DNA from: Pedosphaera sp.
Lineage (GTDB): Bacteria > Verrucomicrobiota > Verrucomicrobiia > Limisphaerales > SIBH01
Assembly: GCA_031414955.1 (NCBI GenBank)
Contig: JANOQV010000207.1
Location: forward strand, 1-33,772
Direction of reading: 5' to 3'
Length of the DNA stretch: 33,772 bases
Shown here: positions 7,111-15,352 of the stretch, one piece after another
Numbering within the stretch: position 1 is the first letter of the stretch
Layout: each line of letters begins with the position of its first letter
Notes under the pieces: generated by a model
Database searches by the model: none
What the model was told of the DNA's origin: nothing
Seen by the model: only the letters and a program-made list of their open reading frames with translations
Made by a program: the position numbers and the translations under genes

Positions 7111-10100
7111 TCAACGCTTCATCAACATCTCGTCCAGATTGAGCAACACGTTGCCGACCATTGTCCACGCGGCGAGTTCGGCGGCATCGGCGTCCTTGGA
7201 CAGCGCACCGAGCGGCTTGGTGGCCACGTCCTGCGCCTTGGCTGGCTCGGCTTGGAAACGCTTCAGGCTCTTTTCGTAAAGCGCCGTCAAGCTGCTCAAC
7301 TCGGCCTTGGAAGGCAGCCGGCTCAGGCACAGACGAAAGCCGTGGCGCGCCCTCTCCTCCGGCGTGGTTCCAGCGGCGGCCATCTTGCGGGCCAGAGCCT
7401 GAGAGGCTTCGATGTAAACCGGATCGTTCAACGTCACGAGCGCCTGCAACGGAGTGTTCGACCGTTCGCGGCGCACCAGGCAAAACTCCCGGTTCGGCGC
7501 GTCGAACGTCGCCATCGAAGGATACGGATTGGATCGACGCCACGTCGTGTAGAGCGCGCGACGGTAACGGTCCTCGCCGCCACTGGTTTCCCAATCGGTG
7601 CCACTGCCGAACGCGGCTGACAAACCCATCTTCGGCTGCGGCGGCTTGACCGGCGGCCCGTACATTTTCGGACTGAGCAACCCGCTCACGGCCAGCGCCT
7701 GATCGCGAATCATCTCCGCCGACAACCGGAAGCGCGGCCCGCGCGCGAGCCAACGGTTCTCCGGATCGCGCGCCGCCAGTTCCGGCGTCACTCGTGATGA
7801 CTGCCGGTAGGTTGCCGACGTGACCATCAGGCGCAGCAGATGATTCACGTCCCACTTATTGTCCATCATTTCAACGGCCAGCCAGTCGAGCAACTCGGAA
7901 TGCGACGGTAGTTCCCCTTGCGCCCCGAACTCTTCACTCGTGCGCACCAGTCCGATGCCGAAGATGGATTCCCACAGTCGATTCACCACCACGCGGGCGG
8001 TCAGCGGATTGTTCGTGTCCACCAGCCAGCGCGCGAGGGCGCGGCGGTCCAGCGCGCCGGTCTCAGAAACCGCATGGAGCGAGGCGGGCAGGCCGTTGGT
8101 CAGTTCCTGGCCGAGATCGAGGAAGTTGCCGCGCCGTTGCAACTGGGTCTTGCGCCGCTTGTCGCCCGCCAGTTCACGCAGCACCGGCACGGTGGTGTAA
8201 GGCTTCTCGGCCTCGAATTTCTTCCGCACGCCGGCCAGTTCAGCGCGCTCCTTGTCCAAGCCGAGGGCGATGGTGAGATAGAAGTCCCGCACCTGCTTCT
8301 GCTGGGCATCCGTGCGCTTCGCCGCGTCCTTGCGGAGAACAGCCAGCGTGGCCGCGGGCACACGGGCAAATTCGGGCGCCCGAGCGTCCGAGGATTTCGA
8401 CAAGCGCAGCCGGGCGATAGTCCCGTAGTCGAACTTGGAAAGCTGCTCGATGGTGACGACGAGATTCGATCCAGCTCCAGCCCTGACCGGAGCCTTGAGA
8501 GTCAGCGTGAGCGAATGCGGTTCGCCGTGCTTCGGCGCGATGGCCCAACCCTTGGTCTTGGGTTCCTTGTTGCCGAGAATGTCGGCCGCGTTGAATTCCT
8601 TTTGGGAGAAGTCCGCGCTGGCCGACGCAAAAGCGATGGAGCGCGAGCCGTCGGGATAAAGTTCCACGCTTGGCGTAGGCGTGGGCTGCTCCTGCTGCCG
8701 CCAGATCACTTCGCGCTTCCCGTCCAGCAACAGGATGCGAAAGCCATTCAGCCGCTCCGGGGAGCCATCCGTGCGGTTCCACACGGCGAGGCGGTCGATG
8801 GGCTGCGCGAATTTCAAATCCACTTCCCACCAGGGATCGCTCGAGTTCTCCGTGTGCGTCGTGGACTTGGCCTTCGCGTAATCACCATTGGTCTTGCCGT
8901 CGATGGCCAGTTTCGCCGGACCGGCGGAAGCCGTGCTGCTCTGGCTGGCCTGGCCGCTGGTGGCGACATTGCTTCCGCCGCTGAACACCTGCACCTCGGC
9001 CAGTGACAGGATCTTCTCCTGGCCGGGAAGCTCGATGCGAACGTATCGACCCAGGATCGGCGATCGGTCCGTCGGCGCGACGGCGGCAAGGACGCGCGAC
9101 ACCACAAAGTTTCCCTCCGCATGACCGACGACCGGCTTGGGCAACGTGTCATCGGGAAGCGTGTCGAGTCGCAGAGCGGTGATGGTCTCATTGGTCGTGA
9201 TTGGAATCTCCAGAGTGTACACGTCGGTCTTCCCGCCCCGCTCAAAGCGGACGGCCCCGTCATCCGAGCGATGAATCGCCGCGCCCGCCTTCGACTTCAC
9301 CACCGCTGGCGCGAGCGGCTGCCATTGGAGGTCGGTCCCGAAGTTTTTCTCCCAGAGCAACTGGGCCTTCTCCAGTTCCGGCGTGAACGTCTGGTTGATC
9401 TTCTCCAGCCGCGCGATGTCCGACTGCCACTGCTGGCGAAGCTGCTTTTGTTCGGTCGTGTAAAGCGCGCGAACGGGACTCTCGTCGCCGCGATCCGCGT
9501 CCGCCGTGTTGTTCAGAATGGCCAACAGGCGGAAGTAATCCTCCTGCGAGATGGGATCATACTTGTGGGTGTGGCATTGCGCGCACGCCATCGTCGTGCC
9601 CATCCAGACGGCCATCGTGGTGTTCACGCGATCGACCACGGCCACGTTGCGGTATTCCTCGTCGTTCGTGCCGCCCTCGTTGTTAGTCATGGTGTTGCGA
9701 TGAAATGCCGTCGCCGTCATCTGCTCGTCGGTCGGATCTTCCAGCAGATCACCGGCGATCTGCTCCAAGGTGAAACGATCGAAAGGCTTGTTCGCATTGA
9801 GCGCGCGAATGACGTAATCGCGATACGCCCAGATGGTCCGAGGTGGATCGTCCGCGTAGCCGGTGGAATCCGCATAGCGCGCCTGATCCAGCCAGAGCCG
9901 CGCCCAATGTTCGCCGAACGACGGCTTGTTCAACAGGCGATCCACGAGTCGCTCATAGGCACCCGGCTTGCGGTCGGCGAGGAATTGATCGACCTCTTCC
10001 AGCGAAGGAGGCAGACCGGTGAGATCGAGCGTGGCCCGCCGGAGAAGCGCCGCCGGATCAGCTTCGAGAGCCGGCTTCAGCTTCTCCCGCTCCAACCGGG

Positions 10101-10644
10101 CGAGGACAAAATGATCGATGGCGTTCTTCGGCCAAGACTTCCCGCCCACCTTCGGCAAAGTCGCACGAACCGGCTTCACATAAGACCAGTGCTGGGAATA
10201 CTCCGCCCCCTGCTTGATCCACTTCTTGAGCAAGCCGATTTCCTGGGCGCTGAGCTTCTTGCCCGTGTCGGGCGGCGGCATCAAGTCATCGGGATTGGTC
10301 GCGGTGATGCGGGCGACCAACTCACTCTTCTCCGGAGCGCCCGGCACGATGGCGCGCTGCCCACTGCTCTGTTCCGCCTTCGCACTCTCCGGCAAATCAA
10401 GTCGCAGCGACTTCTTGCCGCTCTTGCGTTCCTTGGCATCCGGCCCGTGGCAGGCAAAGCAGTTCTGGGAAAGAATGCGGCGCACGTCGCTGAAGCCGAC
10501 TGCCTCGGCGACCGGAGCGGAAATGGCTTTGCTGCCGCCGGCAGCCAGGACGGCAACCAACGCGATCAGCACGATCCGCCGCACCCAATCTGTCCGGCCG
10601 GCCCGTGGGCAGCGGCGGACTGTCACGATAAACTTTTGAATCAT
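7111..10644 (-). CDS. Planctomycete cytochrome c / DUF1549 (PSCyt2) / DUF1553 (PSD1) protein with an inserted F-type lectin domain
   Basis: Heme motifs CFACH and CAQCH; LLRRATLDLTGLPP; GEHWARLWLDQARYADS; NPLTARVVVNRLW; PSHSELLDWLA; SNTPLQAL. The start is uncertain (10644 or slightly later; the ORF track gives 10875). Confidence 0.9.
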   Translation of the reverse strand: MIQKFIVTVRRCPRAGRTDWVRRIVLIALVAVLAAGGSKAISAPVAEAVGFSDVRRILSQNCFACHGPDAKERKSGKKSLRLDLPESAKAEQSSGQRAIVPGAPEKSELVARITATNPDDLMPPPDTGKKLSAQEIGLLKKWIKQGAEYSQHWSYVKPVRATLPKVGGKSWPKNAIDHFVLARLEREKLKPALEADPAALLRRATLDLTGLPPSLEEVDQFLADRKPGAYERLVDRLLNKPSFGEHWARLWLDQARYADSTGYADDPPRTIWAYRDYVIRALNANKPFDRFTLEQIAGDLLEDPTDEQMTATAFHRNTMTNNEGGTNDEEYRNVAVVDRVNTTMAVWMGTTMACAQCHTHKYDPISQEDYFRLLAILNNTADADRGDESPVRALYTTEQKQLRQQWQSDIARLEKINQTFTPELEKAQLLWEKNFGTDLQWQPLAPAVVKSKAGAAIHRSDDGAVRFERGGKTDVYTLEIPITTNETITALRLDTLPDDTLPKPVVGHAEGNFVVSRVLAAVAPTDRSPILGRYVRIELPGQEKILSLAEVQVFSGGSNVATSGQASQSSTASAGPAKLAIDGKTNGDYAKAKSTTHTENSSDPWWEVDLKFAQPIDRLAVWNRTDGSPERLNGFRILLLDGKREVIWRQQEQPTPTPSVELYPDGSRSIAFASASADFSQKEFNAADILGNKEPKTKGWAIAPKHGEPHSLTLTLKAPVRAGAGSNLVVTIEQLSKFDYGTIARLRLSKSSDARAPEFARVPAATLAVLRKDAAKRTDAQQKQVRDFYLTIALGLDKERAELAGVRKKFEAEKPYTTVPVLRELAGDKRRKTQLQRRGNFLDLGQELTNGLPASLHAVSETGALDRRALARWLVDTNNPLTARVVVNRLWESIFGIGLVRTSEEFGAQGELPSHSELLDWLAVEMMDNKWDVNHLLRLMVTSATYRQSSRVTPELAARDPENRWLARGPRFRLSAEMIRDQALAVSGLLSPKMYGPPVKPPQPKMGLSAAFGSGTDWETSGGEDRYRRALYTTWRRSNPYPSMATFDAPNREFCLVRRERSNTPLQALVTLNDPVYIEASQALARKMAAAGTTPEERARHGFRLCLSRLPSKAELSSLTALYEKSLKRFQAEPAKAQDVATKPLGALSKDADAAELAAWTMVGNVLLNLDEMLMKR

Positions 10645-10887
10645 TGGTCTGGGCAGCTTTGCCGTAGTATTCCGCAATAAGCGAGTGAATCCAAATGCCA
10701 TCCAATCTGCGGTTCTGGCGGTTCTTTGGCTGCGAAAACAGACTGCCTGACCATCGAGTTTCTTTAATGCTGATCCGCACATCAGCCTGGCTCTGCGCGC
10801 CTCCCCTGCGGGGCAGTCCGTCGTCCGCTGCTTTCTTTGCCTTCCTTGGGATCCAACTTCGGCGGTCGGATGCAAGCAGAGTTGACG

Positions 10888-13557
10888 TTAGTCCACGTAG
10901 AGAAACTCGTTCGCGCTGAGCAGGGCCTGGCAGAGGCTGGCGAGCGCCTGAACTTCGGGGGCGGGCTTTGCGACGGCCTTGGATTTCTTCCCGTCTTTTT
11001 TCTCCACGGCCGCTTCCGCGACGGCCTTGAGGTGATCCACTTGCCGGGATAGGAACGCGAGCGCCTCGGTCAACTCCGAGGGCGAGGGCGCACGGTTGAA
11101 CGCCAGTTGCCAGGCACGTATGACCTGCTGGGCGCGATCCTCTCCGGCGTCCTTGGCCAGGCGTTGGGCAAAGCGCAGGGATTGATCGAGCACGAAGTCG
11201 CTGTTCATGAGCATCAATGACTGGGGCGCGACGGTGGAGGAAGAGCGGCGCTCGCAATTTACTTCCATCACCGGCGCGTCGAAGGCGTGGAGCATGGCCA
11301 GCGGACGGCTGCGCCGCACCTGGATGTAAACACTGCGCCGGAACTCCTCACCCTTCAGTGAAACCTCGACGGGCATCTTGTTGTCGCCCTCGGTCTTGTC
11401 GATGCCGACGATGATCTGCCCGTGGACATCCGGACGAACTGGCACCGGCGGGCCGAACTGCTGGTCATTCAAGGAACCACTGACACTGAGCATCGCGTCG
11501 CGCATGACCTCGGCATCCAGTCGCTGCACCGGCTTGCGCCCGTAGAGGCGGTTCTCTGAATCGCGCCGATCCTTCTTCGCGTCGTGGCGGGAAGATTGAC
11601 GGTAAGCGGTGGAGGTCATGATCAACTTGTGCAGTCGCTTCATTTGCCAGTCGTGCTGAACGAAGTCGTTGGCCAGCCAGTCGAGCAGTTCAGGATGCGA
11701 CGGTCGCTCGCCCATGAAGCCGAAATCCGACGGCGTGCCGACCAAGCCTCGGCCGAAGTGGTGAAGCCAGACGCGATTGACCAGCACGCGGGCGACGAGC
11801 GGGTTCGTGCCGCTGGTGAGCCAATGCGCAAACGCGAGCCGACGCCCGCTGGTCGTGAGCTGCGGATCCTTCCCGGGGAAATGCACCGGCTGCCCTTGCG
11901 CCGCGAGAACACTGAGTCCGCCCGGCAGGACAGCTTCCTTCGGTTGCTTGGGATCGCCACGATGAAAGAGATAAGTAACGGGCAGCTTGTCCGCCGGCTC
12001 GGTCAGCACGCTGATGAAATCCTCCGGCGGTTTGCGTCCGCGAATCTCGGCGACCTTGGCCTCCATCGCCTTCAAGTCGTCCGCAGCCTTCTGGTTGTAT
12101 TGATAGAGCACGCCCGCGTTGATGTTCACGCTGGGATGGTCAGCGAGCAGTTTCTTCTGTTCGGCCGTGCGTTTGGCGGAGGGTGTTTCCCTCGCGGCAC
12201 GTAGTGGCTCGCGCAAACCGGCCTCGAATTTTTCCAAATGCTTCATCAACGCGGCGGCCATGTATTCCTTCTCCTTCGCCGCTTTCTCGTCCGCGAGTTT
12301 CTTCGCCTCGGCTTCAACTTCCGCGGCCTTCTTGCGATCCACGTCGGTGTAGAGCGAGACGAGACGTTGGTCGGGCTTGCGCCAGTTCTTCCAGTCGTAG
12401 GCCGGTTCGAGGACCGCGCGCAGCCGGTAGTAATCCGTCTGCGGAATCGGGTCGTAGCGGTGGTCGTGGCATTGCGCGCAGCCGACGGACAAACCGAGTA
12501 ACGAGGTGGAGACAATCTTGATCGTGTCAGCCACGACCTGATTGCGCACCGCATCCGGATCGGCCACCGCCGACGTCGCGGTTCCGTCCGCGCCCATGCG
12601 CAGGAAGCCGGTGGCGATGAGCAGTTCCCGCGTATTCGGATCAGTCGCCGCGTTCGGCGCATCGGTTTGCGTCGTGCGCGCCAGTTCGTCGCCGGCCAGT
12701 TGTTCGGTGATGAAGCGGTCGAACGGCTTGTCGGCGTTGAAGGAGCGAATGACGTAGTCGCGATACTTGTAGGCGTAAGCGCGCACCGGATCGGCGTCGC
12801 TGTAGCCGTCGGAATCGGCGTAGCCCGCGACATCCAGCCAGTGGCGGCCCCAGCGCTCGCCGTACTGGGGCGACGCGAGCAGACGGTCGATCATTTTGTC
12901 GTAGGCGTCAGGGGCATGGTCGCCGAGGAAGGTTTCTACCTCGGCAGGCGTGGGCGGCAAGCCGGTGAGATCAAACGTCGCGCGCCGGAGCAGTGTCACT
13001 TTCTCCGCATCGGGCGAGAAGCTGAGTTTCTGTTTCGCCATCGCGTTCACGAGGAAGGAATCTACTGGTGTGCGCGCGCGGTCTTTGGCTTTGGTCGCGG
13101 GAATCTTCGGCTGGCGAATCGGCTGGAAGAACCAGAAAGCCCGCTCTTCTTCGGTGATGCCGCTGCCCTGGCCCAGTTCGGTCGGTTCGGGACGGGCCGT
13201 CTTGGCGCCGCTGCCGATCCACTTTTTGATCAGCGCCACCTGTTCGCGCGTGAGTTTCTTGTCGCGCTTGGGCATCTCGCCGCTGTCGATGGCTTGGAAG
13301 AGCGCGCTCTTCTCCGGCTGGCCGGGCACGATGGCCGGCCCGTCGTCGCCGCCTTGCAACATCAGGCGACGCAGGCGCAGGTCGAGGCCGCCCTTGAGCT
13401 TCTCGCCCTCGCCGTGGCAGTCGAAGCAATGGGCTTTGAGGATGGGCCGGATGTCTTTCTCGAAGGTCAGCGGCGGGGCGGCGAACAAAGAGGCGGCTCC
13501 GCACAACCACAAAGCCAGCGCCACGGAATGGCGGATGAAACAAAGTCTGCGCTTCAT
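10888..13557 (-). CDS. Planctomycete cytochrome c / DUF1549 / DUF1553 protein without a lectin insert
   Basis: CFDCH and [57 protein letters not shown]; ends ANEFLYVD. The start MKRRLC at 13557 overlaps the upstream stop (ATGA). Confidence 0.92.
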   Translation of the reverse strand: MKRRLCFIRHSVALALWLCGAASLFAAPPLTFEKDIRPILKAHCFDCHGEGEKLKGGLDLRLRRLMLQGGDDGPAIVPGQPEKSALFQAIDSGEMPKRDKKLTREQVALIKKWIGSGAKTARPEPTELGQGSGITEEERAFWFFQPIRQPKIPATKAKDRARTPVDSFLVNAMAKQKLSFSPDAEKVTLLRRATFDLTGLPPTPAEVETFLGDHAPDAYDKMIDRLLASPQYGERWGRHWLDVAGYADSDGYSDADPVRAYAYKYRDYVIRSFNADKPFDRFITEQLAGDELARTTQTDAPNAATDPNTRELLIATGFLRMGADGTATSAVADPDAVRNQVVADTIKIVSTSLLGLSVGCAQCHDHRYDPIPQTDYYRLRAVLEPAYDWKNWRKPDQRLVSLYTDVDRKKAAEVEAEAKKLADEKAAKEKEYMAAALMKHLEKFEAGLREPLRAARETPSAKRTAEQKKLLADHPSVNINAGVLYQYNQKAADDLKAMEAKVAEIRGRKPPEDFISVLTEPADKLPVTYLFHRGDPKQPKEAVLPGGLSVLAAQGQPVHFPGKDPQLTTSGRRLAFAHWLTSGTNPLVARVLVNRVWLHHFGRGLVGTPSDFGFMGERPSHPELLDWLANDFVQHDWQMKRLHKLIMTSTAYRQSSRHDAKKDRRDSENRLYGRKPVQRLDAEVMRDAMLSVSGSLNDQQFGPPVPVRPDVHGQIIVGIDKTEGDNKMPVEVSLKGEEFRRSVYIQVRRSRPLAMLHAFDAPVMEVNCERRSSSTVAPQSLMLMNSDFVLDQSLRFAQRLAKDAGEDRAQQVIRAWQLAFNRAPSPSELTEALAFLSRQVDHLKAVAEAAVEKKDGKKSKAVAKPAPEVQALASLCQALLSANEFLYVD

Positions 13558-15020
13558 GCGTGGCGCAGAATCTCCTTCACCACGCGGCACGGCTTACCGT
13601 CGGTGATGCGCTGCTCCTGGCCGTTCTGATGATAAACCAGCTTCTCGTGCTCGAACCCGAAGAGATGGAGGAGCGTGGCGTGATAATCATTTGGGCTGAC
13701 CGGATTCACCACCGCCTTGTGCCCGAACTCATCCGTTTCTCCATAAGTCAGGCCGCCCTTGAAGCCGCCACCCGCGACCCAACTGCTGAAGCCCTGGCCG
13801 TTGTGATCGCGCCCGGCCTTCTCAGCGGCACCGTGATTCTCCGTCACCGGCAGGCGCCCAATTTCGCCGCCCCAATGGACGATGGTCGAGTCGAGCAGAC
13901 CGCGCGCTTTGAGATCCTTGACCAGCGCGGCGGACGGCTGATCCGTCTTGCGGCAACAGGTCACGAGGTTGCTCTTGATGCTCTCGTGGTTGTCCCAGAT
14001 CTGGCCGTTGATGAAGAGCTGGACAAACCGCACGCCGCGCTCGACGAGACGCCGCGCAATCAGGCAGCGCGTGCCGTACTCGCGCGTGGCCGACTCATCG
14101 AGCCCGTAAAGTTTCTTCGTCGCCTCGCTCTCGCCGGAAATATCCAGCGCCTCCTTCGCCGCCGTCTGCATGCGCGCGGCCAGTTCGTAGCTCGCGATGC
14201 GCGCTTCGAGATCCGATTCACCCGGATGCCGCGCGAGATGCTCTTGATTCAGCCGGGCGAGGAAGGCGAGGTTTTGTTCCTGCAACGCGCCCTTCAAATG
14301 CGGCGGCGGTTCGAGATTCAAAATGCGCGGCTCGGTGGAGCGCACGATCGTGCCTTGATACAAGGGCGGCAGCCAGCCGTTGGACCAGTTGCGCACGCCA
14401 TCCACCGGATGCCCGCCCGGATCAGTCAACACCACGTAGGCCGGCAGGCTCTGGCTCTCGGAGCCTAGCCCGTAAGTCAGCCACGAACCGAGCGCCGGCC
14501 GCCCCGGCTGCGCCTTGCCCGTGTTCATGAACCAGATCGACGGCTCGTGCCCGTTGATGTCGGTGTGCATCGAGCGGATCACCGTCACGTCATCCACGAT
14601 GCTGGAGAAGTGGGGCAGCAACTCGGAGACATCCGTTCCGCTCTGGCCGTGCTTCTGGAATTTCCACGGGCTGCCGAAGAGCTTCTTGCTCGCGCGGTCC
14701 ACGAAGCTGAACGTCACCTCGCCCGCGTAATCCTGCCCGCTGCGTTTGGTCAGCTCGGGCTTGGGATCGAACAAGTCAATGTGGCTCGGCCCGCCGTGCA
14801 TGAAGAGCGAGATCATCGCCTTGGCCTGGGGACGAAGCGGCGGCGTCTTGGGCTTCAGATCAAAGGACCGCGGGCGCGGCATGGTCGGCGGATTCGCGAG
14901 CAGCTTCTCCTCCCGCAAGAGCCAGGCGAGCGCGACGCTGCCGACCCCGAGCGCATTGCGCTCGAGAAAGCGGCGGCGGGACCATCGTCCCATTGCATCA
15001 TCAGGATAGTGCGGCGTCAT
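13554..15020 (-). CDS. DUF1501 domain protein with twin-arginine leader
   Basis: SRRRFL leader; [56 protein letters not shown]. Confidence 0.92.
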   Translation of the reverse strand: MTPHYPDDAMGRWSRRRFLERNALGVGSVALAWLLREEKLLANPPTMPRPRSFDLKPKTPPLRPQAKAMISLFMHGGPSHIDLFDPKPELTKRSGQDYAGEVTFSFVDRASKKLFGSPWKFQKHGQSGTDVSELLPHFSSIVDDVTVIRSMHTDINGHEPSIWFMNTGKAQPGRPALGSWLTYGLGSESQSLPAYVVLTDPGGHPVDGVRNWSNGWLPPLYQGTIVRSTEPRILNLEPPPHLKGALQEQNLAFLARLNQEHLARHPGESDLEARIASYELAARMQTAAKEALDISGESEATKKLYGLDESATREYGTRCLIARRLVERGVRFVQLFINGQIWDNHESIKSNLVTCCRKTDQPSAALVKDLKARGLLDSTIVHWGGEIGRLPVTENHGAAEKAGRDHNGQGFSSWVAGGGFKGGLTYGETDEFGHKAVVNPVSPNDYHATLLHLFGFEHEKLVYHQNGQEQRITDGKPCRVVKEILRHA

Positions 15021-15175
15021 TTGTTCCAGGTTTTAGCGTGAGAATGGACGAGCGGGTCGGGCCTGTGAATTCAAATGCTTTACCACGGTTCGCTCAAGGA
15101 GCGGGGCCAAAGTCTGGCCACAATACCTTCATGGGGAGGCCAAGACCGAGCTTGATCCAGCGGCGATGCTAAGGC

Positions 15176-15191
15176 TGCAAAGACAATGCCA
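15176..15191 (-). promoter_or_regulatory. Candidate sigma-54 (-24/-12) promoter for the DUF1501-DUF1553 unit
   Basis: Minus strand TGGCATTGTCTTTGCA matches TGGCAC-N5-TTGCW with exact GG-N10-GC spacing. It is intergenic, correctly oriented and about 155 nt upstream of the start at 15020. Confidence 0.55.
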
Positions 15192-15271
15192 GGAAGCTGC
15201 ATCTCTTCAGACTGATTCTCTCCCTCCGCCCTCTCCATGGCAGAGGATCCGACCGCGCCATGCAGGGCTAG

Positions 15272-15324
15272 GCGAAATGGGCGATGGCGCGCACGGATAT
15301 CGTCGTGCGGCCATCGCCGTTCGC
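15272..15324 (-). terminator. Stem-loop after the four-repeat gene (possible terminator or mRNA-stabilising hairpin)
   Basis: GGCGATGGC-GCGCACG...CGTGCG-GCCATCGCC inverted repeat about 30 nt downstream of the stop at 15353; no clear U-tract. Confidence 0.4.
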
Positions 15325-15352
15325 TGGACAACTGGAACCACCCGGTCCGGAC

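Noticed and set aside
10645..10887. Possible ncRNA, riboswitch or N-terminal extension between the two DUF1553 genes
   Set aside because: Only a short GCGGTTCT duplication is present, with no recognisable RNA motif. The extension given by the ORF track is not signal-peptide-like.
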